DNA of 54,196 bases from a virus (taxonomy: Duplodnaviria > Caudoviricetes): IMG/VR virus record IMGVR_UViG_3300045741_000133, positions 1 to 54,196 of that record; one strand, given 5' to 3'. The position numbers were made by a program, and so were the translations under genes. The notes beneath the pieces are model-generated. The model did no database searches. It had not been told where the DNA came from and saw only the letters and a list, made by a program, of their open reading frames with translations. Every line of letters begins with the position of its first letter. Position 1 is the first letter of the stretch. Of this stretch, positions 1 to 10,075 are shown one piece after another.

Positions 1-1926
1 CTCTCCGTAGATGTCTTGCTCCGGAGGAGTCATAGGATCTTCCTCGTCGCCGCCAGTCATGCTGGTCTTAGCGTCGAGCTGCGCCTTCATCTGCTTAGCT
101 TGGTGCTCTTGGTCGCTCTTCTGCTTCTCTAAAGCTTTGGGAGAGAACTGAGCGTACCAAGTCATGTACTCAGGACCTAGGATGAGATCATCACCGCCGG
201 GAAGCGGCGCGAGACCATCTTCAGCTCGAATCTCGTTCAAGGTCTTCTTGAACTTAGACTCTTCCTTCTGACGATTCAGAACCTGAGTTGATGAGTCAGT
301 AGTTACGCCACAGAATGTCAGCTTAAATCTGGCGTCGAATGGCTTGATGATCTCTTCGTTGATGTAGTTCTCAAGGTGGGTAAGAAGCGGATACAGTCCG
401 CGGTTCTTAGAGTTCTCAGTCTTATCCTTGGTGTCGTCCTTACCTCCAAGCGAACCACCAGAACCTTCCGCCTTAAGATGGATGCCCATCTCCGCCGGAT
501 CGATCTGGTAGATGGCGCCGATCATGGTGATCAGGTACCGCATCCAGCCTTCAAAACCGATGTCATTGTGGTTCTGAGTCAGCGGGATCCAGTTAACGTC
601 CTCAACTCCTGCGAAGATCGGGGTGCTGAACGAGTTTCTAGTACCCTTCAGCATGTGCTGCCACTGAGTTCGGACGGTGTCAACTTTACGACGATTAAGA
701 GCCGCTTTGATATGAAGGATGCCCTTCGCGCTAAAGCCTTGAGTGAAATAAGCTTGGTTGTAGTACTCGGCGTTCAGATGACCAGTAACCATCGAGATCA
801 GCAGCTCAAGCTCAGAGATGCCGTAGCCATTATTGTAGATGTCGGTGTTCATGTTTCTGATGCCGACAGCTAGCTCGTCAGCAGTATAGGCTCTCTCGAC
901 CTTGCCCTTGATGACTTGAACCCACTTGTAAGCGTCCTTCTCGAGGAGGTCTTCCTTGAGGTCGATAACCTTCTGCTTTTCTTCAGAGGCTTCTGTACGC
1001 TCCGGGTACAAGATGTCTAGGTTGACAAAGTTCTCAGCAGCGTCTTTGTACCGACGAAGATCCTTAGAGGCCTTCTTAACGGTTCCGCCATCCACAGGAA
1101 AGAAGTGGTGCGGGCGCCCAGCTCGATCTGGGACCTTCTCAGTAGCGTAGAGATCGTAGGTGTAAGCGTCTCTGACCCAAGCGCGAAGCGCCGAATCGAA
1201 GTTCCAGCGCAGCGTCTCAAACGGGCGGTTGTCAGTCTTGCCGCAGTTACGAATGTACTCTTCAACTGCTTTACGCTGATCCGCGAACTGCTCTTCCATC
1301 TTCTTGCGAGCCTTACGCTCTAGCTCGAACTCGGAGAGCTCAACTTCATCATCAGACTTTGAGTTATCCTCAGTCTTATCATCAGTGACACCTTCTAAAG
1401 AGGTGTCGTCGGACTGACCAGCTGCTGCGTCTTCAGCATCAGCCTTCATGACTGGCGCCTCATTCGCGGTATCCTCAGCTTCGTCAGCTGGAGAGTCTTC
1501 GCCTGACATGATCGCGTCGGCGGTCATCTCAGCTTTGAGCTCTTCCTTGATCTTGGCAAGGATAGCGTCTTCATCGCGGAGCTCGATCATGAAGCCTTTC
1601 TCAAGCTTCGACTTAACTAATTTAGAGTGTCCGGCAACTTGATTCTGACGGGTCTGGATCACTGCCGCTACGGCGGTGTCCTGATACGACATCATCTTGA
1701 GGTGTGAGTTTTGAAAGCGGTATGGCTTGTCAGTCCAGCCCTGGGCGTGGATGGCGTAGCTAGGGTCCTCGACGATAGCTTTACCGAAGAAGAAGTCCGC
1801 AGGATCTTCTACGTTGGAGTTGAGGATGGTGGTCTTAGCTTTGAAGATCTGGGTGTCAAGATAGGCGTTTCCAGCCTCAAGTATCTTCTGAAAGATTGAC
1901 GCATTCTTGTTATCGGGTGTTGACAT
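1..1926 (-). CDS. Phage portal protein (3' end runs off the window)
   Basis: Not in the ORF track; translated by hand from ATG at 1926 (AAGGA RBS): MSTPDNKNASIFQ...GYGISELELL...YFTQGFSAKGIL...TLNEIRAEDGLAPLPGGD. These are portal-type motifs, and the gene follows the terminase. Confidence 0.88.
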   Translation of the reverse strand, partial: MSTPDNKNASIFQKILEAGNAYLDTQIFKAKTTILNSNVEDPADFFFGKAIVEDPSYAIHAQGWTDKPYRFQNSHLKMMSYQDTAVAAVIQTRQNQVAGHSKLVKSKLEKGFMIELRDEDAILAKIKEELKAEMTADAIMSGEDSPADEAEDTANEAPVMKADAEDAAAGQSDDTSLEGVTDDKTEDNSKSDDEVELSEFELERKARKKMEEQFADQRKAVEEYIRNCGKTDNRPFETLRWNFDSALRAWVRDAYTYDLYATEKVPDRAGRPHHFFPVDGGTVKKASKDLRRYKDAAENFVNLDILYPERTEASEEKQKVIDLKEDLLEKDAYKWVQVIKGKVERAYTADELAVGIRNMNTDIYNNGYGISELELLISMVTGHLNAEYYNQAYFTQGFSAKGILHIKAALNRRKVDTVRTQWQHMLKGTRNSFSTPIFAGVEDVNWIPLTQNHNDIGFEGWMRYLITMIGAIYQIDPAEMGIHLKAEGSGGSLGGKDDTKDKTENSKNRGLYPLLTHLENYINEEIIKPFDARFKLTFCGVTTDSSTQVLNRQKEESKFKKTLNEIRAEDGLAPLPGGDDLILGPEYMTWYAQFSPKALEKQKSDQEHQAKQMKAQLDAKTSMTGGDEEDPMTPPEQDIYGE

Positions 1927-2021
1927 CTAAACTTCCTTAAAAGATGAGCAATTTCAATATCTTAGCTCAAAGGGGTCAATACTGATGCGGCTATACTGCT
2001 TAATTATATCAGCTCCAACTA

Positions 2022-3854
2022 TCAAAAGGCGAACTGAGGTCCGTCCGAGTCGTCATCGTCTAAGTCCTCTCTACGAACCAACTTTCCAGTGACGGGATGC
2101 TTTACGAAGCCGTCTGAGTTATCCATCACGTTCTCCGGGAGGTGGCCCGACTGAACTAGGAGCTCGGGGCTGGGGGCCTTTCCTACGGCACGGCCCTGGG
2201 AGTCTGTCGTTACTCCGTAGGTGTTGGTCGAGCTCGTCACTACCTCGAAGACCCCAGTTCCGATCTCCTGAGTAGCTAGGAACGCTGAGACTGCTAAGGA
2301 GTCTGCGAAGTCGTCAGTTCCACCGTTGGGGTGACCGATTCGGATGTTACCCGACTGGCCCTGCTCTACCACGAGCTCCTTGAGCTCTCGCGTCTGGATC
2401 TCGTTGTCTAGTAAGTCAGCCTGCTGCGAGTGGACCAGCTTCTTGAGGTTCCAGTAGATCTTCTTCTTAAAGACCGGTGTGAAGGTGTACTCTTTCAAGT
2501 TTACGCCGTAGGTGTTGAAGATCTCCTTAAGTGGCTGAAACGCGTACTGATCCGCCGCTACCTCGTCGATGTTGAACTGCTTGCAGATGTTCTTGATGAA
2601 CTCAGCTACCTCGAAGGAGGACACTGGTTTTTGCTTCGTGCCCTCCCAGCCCTTAGACACGAACTGCCTAAGGCGTCCGCCGGCGTAAGCCGTCACTGAG
2701 AACGTGAATCGGTCGCCCTTGTAAGCAGCGTCGATAGCAGCAGCGTACTTGATGTTGTCGCCTTCCGGGGCCATGAACGACACCTTCTTGACGACTGCCA
2801 TGTCTATGTACTCTGGCGTGATAAAGAAGCTTAAGGAGTCCGCGAAGTTACCACGATACTCTTGATCGAACGAGTCTGGATCTAAGTTGTACTCTTCAAC
2901 TAACTCGACGTCAGGCATGACATCTTCTGGAGCCATGACCCACGTTGGTGCTTTGAAAACCGCGTACGACGGTGGTAGGGTTCCAGCTTGGTGCTTCTTG
3001 TACTCATCGTGCAGAACACCCTGCTTGATGCCTGGAGAACTTAACTTCAATAGAAGCGCGTGCTTACCAAACTGCTTCATAGAAGGTCTTACGGCCTTCA
3101 TGATCTTGGTGTCGGTCTCCTTCATGTTCTCATCTAAGTTCCAGAACGCGATCTCGTCACATAGGATCGCGCAGCACGCCATTCCACGGGTGGTACGACT
3201 TGACGCCGCGGCGACCTTGATCTGAACTCTTGAGTAGTGGACTTGAACGTTGTTCACTATCCAAGGAACCTTCAGATTCATCGTAGAGGCCGTATTCTTC
3301 TTGTCCTTGTTGATCAGCATGCTGAGGACCGGCGAAGACTCGATCAGAGTACGAATAACCTCCAACACCTCATCAGAGAACTCTTTTGAGTGTGACATGA
3401 TCAACACCGTAGCGAACGGCGTCTTCTTCAAGAACGGCTTCCAGTTGTTCGAGATGGCGCAGTAGATCGATACCGCAGCAGAGATCAAGGTCTTACCGGA
3501 GCGTCGTCCGCAGATGAGGTCGATCTTGTTGACGTCAATCTCTTTAAGGTTGTTGGGATCGTAGATGGCTCCGGTCAGGAACTCGTATATCTCGTACTCG
3601 GTCATAAGCACGCGCTTGAACACTACGGTCGTGCCTTCGCGAGACTCCATCCGCACCGCTTTCTTGGTAATCGGATCTAAAGTCTTACCGAAGATGATCT
3701 TGAAAATGACTTCCTGAGCTGGGGTCGGATTTAAGTCTAGGAACCCTGGAGCTCTGACAAAGTTCTCGATCGGATCCTCTTTGATCCTAGCGATGAGCTT
3801 GGAGTAGAGTACAGCGAACTGTTGAGTACTGAGCTTCGTGACGTCTAGAGACAT
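2022..3854 (-). CDS. terL: Terminase large subunit
   Basis: Walker A GRRSGKT, Walker B ILCDE, motif III LSSP, RNase H-like nuclease AIDAA...DDFADS. Confidence 0.93.
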   Translation of the reverse strand: MSLDVTKLSTQQFAVLYSKLIARIKEDPIENFVRAPGFLDLNPTPAQEVIFKIIFGKTLDPITKKAVRMESREGTTVVFKRVLMTEYEIYEFLTGAIYDPNNLKEIDVNKIDLICGRRSGKTLISAAVSIYCAISNNWKPFLKKTPFATVLIMSHSKEFSDEVLEVIRTLIESSPVLSMLINKDKKNTASTMNLKVPWIVNNVQVHYSRVQIKVAAASSRTTRGMACCAILCDEIAFWNLDENMKETDTKIMKAVRPSMKQFGKHALLLKLSSPGIKQGVLHDEYKKHQAGTLPPSYAVFKAPTWVMAPEDVMPDVELVEEYNLDPDSFDQEYRGNFADSLSFFITPEYIDMAVVKKVSFMAPEGDNIKYAAAIDAAYKGDRFTFSVTAYAGGRLRQFVSKGWEGTKQKPVSSFEVAEFIKNICKQFNIDEVAADQYAFQPLKEIFNTYGVNLKEYTFTPVFKKKIYWNLKKLVHSQQADLLDNEIQTRELKELVVEQGQSGNIRIGHPNGGTDDFADSLAVSAFLATQEIGTGVFEVVTSSTNTYGVTTDSQGRAVGKAPSPELLVQSGHLPENVMDNSDGFVKHPVTGKLVRREDLDDDDSDGPQFAF

Positions 3855-3856
3855 GC

Positions 3857-4441
3857 TTACTCTCCGTCTCTAGGCTTCTTAGCGAACAAATCGTTGAAGT
3901 CGGCATCGATAACGTTCGAGTCAAGCTTCTCAACATCCTTGGGCTTGTTGATGATGTCGTCGATCTGAGCCAGGGCTTGCTTCAAGCCCTCAGACAGCGT
4001 AAACGCTTCCTTGAGCGCTGAGATCTCGTGACTTAAGTTGGGGATCTTGATCTGCATGGGTATGCCGTTCACATCGTTGAGGATCTCGCCCGTGATCGGG
4101 TGGATCTTGTAGAAGTGACCGTGCTTGGCGAAGTAGCCCACGTAGTCTTGGAGCTGGGTCTCGATCTGGATGATGCGCATCCGCTTGAACTGGTTGTCGA
4201 GGTTCATCAGCTTCTCGGCCTGAGACAGCTGAATGTTCTGAAGCTCGGCCAGGCCGTGCTTGATGTAGGCGATCCTTAGCTCGTTGAGTCTGCCCTCAGT
4301 TATGATAGATTCAACAACGGGGACTGGTAAGTTGAACTTCTTCGACAGGTCAATAGCAGATAAGCCCTCAACAATAAAGGCGTTTCTTACAGCTTCGAGG
4401 GCTTGTGGGGCTGGTAAGTTTGACTCTTCTGAATCTGACAT
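3857..4441 (-). CDS. Putative terminase small subunit
   Basis: Directly upstream of terL; N-terminal HTH-like segment and coiled coil; call is positional. Confidence 0.5.
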   Translation of the reverse strand: MSDSEESNLPAPQALEAVRNAFIVEGLSAIDLSKKFNLPVPVVESIITEGRLNELRIAYIKHGLAELQNIQLSQAEKLMNLDNQFKRMRIIQIETQLQDYVGYFAKHGHFYKIHPITGEILNDVNGIPMQIKIPNLSHEISALKEAFTLSEGLKQALAQIDDIINKPKDVEKLDSNVIDADFNDLFAKKPRDGE

Positions 4442-4493
4442 CTACGTTTATCTCCAGGTCAATTATACCCAACCCCCGGAAATAAGTATAGTT

Positions 4494-5045
4494 TTAGAAG
4501 TATCGAGCTACTAGGTGCTTGTAGGTAGAGCGCTTAGCCTTGGTAACCGCGTCAAGCTTGTTGCCAGCGTTGTAACGGGTCCAGAACTCAGGATCCTTAG
4601 GGTACTTGGCCTTGAAGTCGGCAAGCACCTTAGCTGACGCGTCAACTGAGTAAGCTAAGTCCGAGAGCAGCTTCTTGGTGTCGAACTTGAAGTTCTTGAC
4701 GGTCTTGTGGTTGATCTGACCGATGCCGTAGTCGACCACTACGCAGTCTTGCTCGCCCGTGGTGATGGAGATACCACATCGCATGTTCTTAGCCGAGATA
4801 CGATAGGACGACTCTTGCATCAAGACAGCTGTCAATAACTTAGGCGATAGTCCGTACTTCTTGGCAGAAGAATCGATAGCTACGGCTAGTGTTGTCGCGT
4901 ACTTATCTTCAAGCTTTGGGTGGTTCTTCTTTATCTGCTTCAGGATTTGCTGCGGTGGTTTCGGCGTCAGGACGCGCGGTGGCACCATCGCTGAGCTCAG
5001 TCCGTGACTCGTGAGCATCGTCACGAGTATGATTAAGGTTTTCAT
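4494..5045 (-). CDS. SLT-domain lytic transglycosylase with signal peptide
   Basis: ESSY catalytic motif, GIGQIN, RYNAG; hydrophobic N-terminus. Confidence 0.88.
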   Translation of the reverse strand: MKTLIILVTMLTSHGLSSAMVPPRVLTPKPPQQILKQIKKNHPKLEDKYATTLAVAIDSSAKKYGLSPKLLTAVLMQESSYRISAKNMRCGISITTGEQDCVVVDYGIGQINHKTVKNFKFDTKKLLSDLAYSVDASAKVLADFKAKYPKDPEFWTRYNAGNKLDAVTKAKRSTYKHLVARYF

Positions 5046-5385
5046 GATTGCCTCCTGTTATGGCTTTCTTTACCTTCTCAACCGCCATCCTCATGATCGT
5101 GGGATCTTCTGTTACTCGAACCCTGAACGACGGTAAAAGTTGACTAATGACTTCGTATACATCGGAGATGATCTGGCGCTGCTGAAACTTACGACCGAAC
5201 CAAGACAGTTCGACATACACCAGCATAGCTTTCTTCTCGCGATAAATTAAGAGCTCTACCTCCTTGATTCGTTTCGACGTGGAAAGTATGTTCAACTTGA
5301 TGGTGTTGATGGCTTGAGGATGATCTAGTAGATCCATCTCAAACAACCACTTAAGACCTTCGTATTGAAACTTGCGCTTATCCAT
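4909..5385 (-). CDS. Hypothetical protein
   Basis: Fills the operon; its C-terminal tail overlaps the transglycosylase start. Confidence 0.6.
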   Translation of the reverse strand: MDKRKFQYEGLKWLFEMDLLDHPQAINTIKLNILSTSKRIKEVELLIYREKKAMLVYVELSWFGRKFQQRQIISDVYEVISQLLPSFRVRVTEDPTIMRMAVEKVKKAITGGNHENLNHTRDDAHESRTELSDGATARPDAETTAANPEADKEEPPKA

Positions 5386-5405
5386 AGGTCAATGGTACTG
5401 AAAGT

Positions 5406-6008
5406 TCAGTCGCGGGGACACTTAAACTTGAGGAACGCATCACCTAGACACACCGCGTCGCCTACGTCTGCATCATATTGATTCACTTGAGGATCTAGGG
5501 TGAGTTTGTATCGAAAGTTGGCATACCTACAAGCTAGATCCTTTGGACCATACTCTGGCATCTTATTCTTACCAGTCAAGTGCTTGTTGAGCTTCTTAGC
5601 TTCCTTATTGGCCTCTTTATCGGCGTCGGTTAGCTTGAGCCCGAGGTTGGTCCTCCAGCCGTCGGCGCCAGTCACATCATAATACGTCACGATGTCGATG
5701 ATCTCTGGGTTGAGCTGTAGCACGATCCAGTGGAGTCCGTCTAAGGTCTTCTGTCCTAGGCGCTGCTTCGACCCAGCGATCTCCTCGATGACGATGTACT
5801 TGGGCTTGTAGTTCTCCACTAGAGAACGTATCTTAAGGCCGAGATCATTCATCTTCTCAAGCTGCTGCCTAGGATACTCCATCTTATCTAGACCCTTAAC
5901 CTTGGGCTTCAAGGTTCCGTACGTAACCAAAGACTTGTCGTCTATGTTAAACACTGCCCACCCGGTGCAGGTCGTTGAAAGATCAAGTGCTAGAAGTGTT
6001 CTCATCAC
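5406..6008 (-). CDS. RuvC-like Holliday junction resolvase
   Basis: LALDLSTTCTGWAV, VIEE and DVGDA acidic catalytic pattern. Confidence 0.85.
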   Translation of the reverse strand: MMRTLLALDLSTTCTGWAVFNIDDKSLVTYGTLKPKVKGLDKMEYPRQQLEKMNDLGLKIRSLVENYKPKYIVIEEIAGSKQRLGQKTLDGLHWIVLQLNPEIIDIVTYYDVTGADGWRTNLGLKLTDADKEANKEAKKLNKHLTGKNKMPEYGPKDLACRYANFRYKLTLDPQVNQYDADVGDAVCLGDAFLKFKCPRD

Positions 6009-6579
6009 TATCCTCCGCAGGAGTCAAGCCGCTCATGCTGAACGGCGTCATCGTCTCATCTCGCTTAGTCATCTTGATCAGAGCTCTTCGGTCTTCCATG
6101 AGCATCTGAAGATCGTCCCAGCTTATCGGTCTTCCACCAACAGCTTCTACGCTCACGTTGATGTATCGTAGGTCATCCACAGATGCTTGGTGAACGTGCC
6201 CGTGGATGTTGAACTTACCTCTGAGCGATTGGACGTGCACTGGCGCGTGACTCAGCCAGGCTTGACCTTTGTACTTCATGAAGCCGTGTACCTTGTCGAA
6301 GTACTCCAGGTACGTCTTAAGCGAGAACTTATCGTGGTTGCCGATGATTAAGTGCTTGCTCCCTCTCATCTTCTTTAAGAGGTGCATCTTAGATTTGTCA
6401 AAGCAGACGTCACCCTGAACCATGACTAGGTCGTGCTTCGAGACTACCGAGTTCCACTGCTCAACGATCCAGGCATCATGTTCTTCCAATGATTTTACTC
6501 CGCCTCGGAACTCTCCCGAGAATACGTGTATCTTATCGTGACCTAGGTGCAGGTCTGAGATGAATCGTGTACAGCTCAT
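5983..6579 (-). CDS. Calcineurin-like metallophosphoesterase
   Basis: DLHLGH, GD, GNHD, HGHVH motifs. Confidence 0.92.
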   Translation of the reverse strand: MSCTRFISDLHLGHDKIHVFSGEFRGGVKSLEEHDAWIVEQWNSVVSKHDLVMVQGDVCFDKSKMHLLKKMRGSKHLIIGNHDKFSLKTYLEYFDKVHGFMKYKGQAWLSHAPVHVQSLRGKFNIHGHVHQASVDDLRYINVSVEAVGGRPISWDDLQMLMEDRRALIKMTKRDETMTPFSMSGLTPAEDSDENTSST

Positions 6580-6890
6580 ATATCGTCTATCTTCCTTCTA
6601 CGCTCTCCCTTGGAGTTCAACAAGTTTCGAGCTACGGACTCCTTGGAACCCATATCTAAGTTAGTTTGGATCGTCTCATCTGCCAGTACATCTCTAGAGT
6701 GGTTCCTAGATCTGGCTTTAAGGATCTTGTCTGAGTCCTTAAGCTTCGAGGTGCCAGTAGCAGAGTTTGCTGACACCATGAACTTCTGATTAGGAGCGGT
6801 AAGAACTACGTCCCACTCCTCCTTCGGAAGCTCTTTAAGCGATCGCTTCTCCTCGCCGGTTACCTTGTGGCGGTATATCTTAAGCGCCAT
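6576..6890 (-). CDS. Hypothetical protein
   Basis: Overlaps both neighbours; GAGG RBS. Confidence 0.65.
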   Translation of the reverse strand: MALKIYRHKVTGEEKRSLKELPKEEWDVVLTAPNQKFMVSANSATGTSKLKDSDKILKARSRNHSRDVLADETIQTNLDMGSKESVARNLLNSKGERRRKIDDI

Positions 6891-9009
6891 TTACGACCTC
6901 CGATGTACCATCTTTCAGCAGGACTTGAAAGACGTTATCAACGATGTTCTTGAATACCGAGTTATGTTCGACCATCAGCACAGGGCACTTTCTAGCCTTA
7001 AGTAGATCCAGAGACTTCTCCATGCTGATCTCGCTCAAGTCCTTGAAGTACTCGTCGAAGATCAATAGATCGATCTTAGATCCCTTACGATACGACACGA
7101 TGTCCGCTAGAGCGAGATCCACAGCTAGGTTGAACCTGCGATTTTGACCGCCTGACAGCAAACCTAAGCTTCTCGGTACTCCGTCTAAGATCAGCGCCGT
7201 CTCGATCTTCTCGTCCTCAGATGAGAACTTGATCGACGCCTGAACCTCGAACAAGTCAGATAGATACTGATTCGCGCGGTACGTAAGCTCATTGAGAGCA
7301 TTCACGAACACGTACGACTTGATCTCCTTAAAACCGTCCTTGAGGACATCGAGCTGAGCAGCGTAGACTTTAGACGCGTCTAGTAGGTTGCTGAGCTCTT
7401 GAAGCTTCTCTGAGACGGTTGCGAACTCGCGCTCTAGACCACTCAACTTAGCGCGCTCTCCAGATACATCTGGAGTTGGAGTGCTAGCTATAGCCTCCTC
7501 TAAGGAAGCAACCTGTTGACTCTGGGAACTTACAAGATTCTGTAAGTTCTCAACTCGGCTCCTCAGGACCGCGAACTCAGTCTTCTGAGATCGAACGGAC
7601 GTTAGAGCTTCGTCGATCTGAGAGATGAGCGATCTTAGATCACCTTCCTCGCTAGAGGTCTCAGGTTGAACGACGTTCTCGTCTAGAAACTTGGCTACGG
7701 CATTAAGCTGCTCGATGATAGTCACAGCCTGCGCGTCGGCCTCGACGGCAGCCTTCTGTGCTCTAGCGACCATGTCAACCATCTCTTGGTTAGCGGCTTC
7801 CATAGTCTCTGCGGACTCTCTCGCGATCTGCTGCATCTGAGCCCTGACTTCGGCGATCTCGCGATCTACGTGAGACACGTCTAATGTGGTGCAGGATTGA
7901 CCGCAGGTTGGGCACTTCTTGTCTGGGTTCTTTACGTAGGCAGTTAATTCATCGAGCTTCTGAGCTAATCTTACGTACTGAGGTTGCTTATCATACTCGG
8001 ACGCTTTCTTGGCTCTCTGGACCACCAGAAGATACGCGTTCGACGTCGCTACGGACTCTGACGACTTCTTAGACTCAAGTAGAGAGTTGTATCGGTTAGC
8101 TAAGGTGTTACCTTCTCGCTGCTTAGCCGCGACCGCCGCAGCGAGCGTAGCTTGCTGAGACTTCGCGTATTGCGCCTTCGCCAGCTTCTCTTGAACTGAG
8201 GCGCGCTCGATGCCTAGTCCGACCTCGTCCGCCAAGATTCGCTTAAGATCGATGTTAGCGGCTGCGACCGAAACTTGGTCGAGCTCTGATTTAGACTTGT
8301 CTAGGTTCACGGAAGCAGCGGATAGCTGATCCGTGAGAACCTTACGCTGTTGGTCATACTTCTTTATCTTGTCATCGATGAAAGATTGAAGCATCGTGAT
8401 CTGAGACTCGATGTTACGCTGTGATCCATCAGTCAGCTGAATTTGATTCTTGAGCTTCTCGATCTTATCGTTCTCGATCTTGAGAAGGCCCATGACTTCC
8501 TTGCGTGCCTTGTCAAAGACTTGAAGGTTCTGGATGCTCGAGAGAATCTTGCCCTTGCCCTCTTGATCGATGGATAGGAACTTCTTATCGTAGTTCTGAG
8601 CAAAGTACACGCTTTGACAGAAGCTGTCAAAGTTAAGTCCTACGTACTCTTCGAGTAGCGTCTGGGTCTCTCTAAGGTCCTTGCCTCTGATTGGTTTTCC
8701 GCTCTTGGTGAAATATAGATCGTTAGGCTTTCTAGATCGAACGATAGTCTCGCCGTCGTCAAAAGTAAGCACTACCTCACAGCTAGTCTCTCCATCCTTG
8801 ATGACGTCGTCGATGTTAGCGTCCTTGGGAAGCTTACCAAACAGTAGCCAGGATATGGAGTTAAATATAGCAGACTTGCCGGATCCCTCCGACCTCTGAT
8901 CGTCTTCATTCCAGCCGTCCACAAGTGTGACACCGCGCTTGAACTCGAAGCTCAGCGCTCCCCATGACATGAAGTTCTTGGCTATCAAACTTGATAACTT
9001 ACTTCCCAC
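6880..9009 (-). CDS. SbcC/Rad50/gp46-like SMC ATPase
   Basis: GSGKS Walker A, Q-loop, CPTCGQ zinc hook, LSGGQ signature, IFDE, H-loop. Start moved to GTG at 9009 behind GGAGG. Confidence 0.93.
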   Translation of the reverse strand: MGSKLSSLIAKNFMSWGALSFEFKRGVTLVDGWNEDDQRSEGSGKSAIFNSISWLLFGKLPKDANIDDVIKDGETSCEVVLTFDDGETIVRSRKPNDLYFTKSGKPIRGKDLRETQTLLEEYVGLNFDSFCQSVYFAQNYDKKFLSIDQEGKGKILSSIQNLQVFDKARKEVMGLLKIENDKIEKLKNQIQLTDGSQRNIESQITMLQSFIDDKIKKYDQQRKVLTDQLSAASVNLDKSKSELDQVSVAAANIDLKRILADEVGLGIERASVQEKLAKAQYAKSQQATLAAAVAAKQREGNTLANRYNSLLESKKSSESVATSNAYLLVVQRAKKASEYDKQPQYVRLAQKLDELTAYVKNPDKKCPTCGQSCTTLDVSHVDREIAEVRAQMQQIARESAETMEAANQEMVDMVARAQKAAVEADAQAVTIIEQLNAVAKFLDENVVQPETSSEEGDLRSLISQIDEALTSVRSQKTEFAVLRSRVENLQNLVSSQSQQVASLEEAIASTPTPDVSGERAKLSGLEREFATVSEKLQELSNLLDASKVYAAQLDVLKDGFKEIKSYVFVNALNELTYRANQYLSDLFEVQASIKFSSEDEKIETALILDGVPRSLGLLSGGQNRRFNLAVDLALADIVSYRKGSKIDLLIFDEYFKDLSEISMEKSLDLLKARKCPVLMVEHNSVFKNIVDNVFQVLLKDGTSEVVNGA

Positions 9010-9973
9010 CGACTGCCTCCAATATGGATAGCCCAAGGGATAGAGTAGCAGGATCCAAGCTTCTGATGTCGCGCGCCCAGGACTCAAACTGAGCTTTGTT
9101 AGTTAGAGTCTCATCTAGAGAGACTCCGTCGAACTTCTCAGACTCAGACTTATCTTCCCACTTTATATCAGACCTGAACTCTGATTTATCGATAGCTACC
9201 ACCGATTCGGGCGTGCCCGTCAGCTGAATGCGTATCTTATTGCCTAAGTTCTCATCTAGGAACGTCGAGATCTTCTCTCGACATTTAGGATCCAGGGTAT
9301 CGATCTTGATCGAAACGTGTCTCGGAAACTTCGTAGGGATGAGCATCATCTCGTCAGAACCTACGTCGTAGGTAGCGATAGCTTTGTCTTGGTTAGCCTC
9401 GCCGAACGAGTGGCTGAAAGGAGTACCAAGATAGGTGAAGTTACCAGTCTGCTGAAGCTTATGAAAGTGCCCAGAAACGACGCGCTTGAACTTCGAGAAG
9501 TCGTCGTGCGTGATCCTAGCATCATCACACAAGTGACCGTTGCCGAAGTCGAAACCAGATACCTCTAGGTGGCCGAACAGCACGGAACCCTCTTTCATAG
9601 AGCCAAGAAGTTCCTTAAGCTTAATCTTGTCGTGGACGTACGGAATGACGTTGATGTCGCCGACCATAGTCGGTTGGTCGATGATCACCACGTTGGAAAG
9701 GGCCTTCAGTACCACTAGTGAGTGATCTTCACAGTCCAGGTTAAAATAGTCGTGGTTGCCGATGATGACATAGTGCGTTAGCTTTGATCGAAGAAAGTAT
9801 CTGAACAGCGCGTTTAAGCAGCGACCTCGGATGACTTCCTTAGTATTTAAGAAGTCACCGAGCCACATAGTAGGTCGATTCAAGCCTTCAACCAAGTTAA
9901 AGAGCTCCTCGACTTGGTCTAGATTATTCGGTTCTAAGTGTGGATCCCCAACAACTGTAAAAGTATCATGCAT
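8999..9973 (-). CDS. SbcD/Mre11/gp47-like nuclease
   Basis: GDPH, GD, GNHD, GHFH motifs; paired with the SbcC-like gene. Confidence 0.92.
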   Translation of the reverse strand: MHDTFTVVGDPHLEPNNLDQVEELFNLVEGLNRPTMWLGDFLNTKEVIRGRCLNALFRYFLRSKLTHYVIIGNHDYFNLDCEDHSLVVLKALSNVVIIDQPTMVGDINVIPYVHDKIKLKELLGSMKEGSVLFGHLEVSGFDFGNGHLCDDARITHDDFSKFKRVVSGHFHKLQQTGNFTYLGTPFSHSFGEANQDKAIATYDVGSDEMMLIPTKFPRHVSIKIDTLDPKCREKISTFLDENLGNKIRIQLTGTPESVVAIDKSEFRSDIKWEDKSESEKFDGVSLDETLTNKAQFESWARDIRSLDPATLSLGLSILEAVGGK

Positions 9974-10075
9974 TGAACAATCACCTCATTCGCGACGATA
10001 GCTACCTTCTCTCGAAGAAAGAAGTTATAGTCTATCACGCTGAACACTATGTAGAGCAGGAACGCGTTCGATAAG

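Noticed and set aside
376-1899. Several + strand ORFs, and similar antisense ORFs throughout the track
   Set aside because: Shadow ORFs opposite the portal and other well-supported genes, lacking RBS or motifs.
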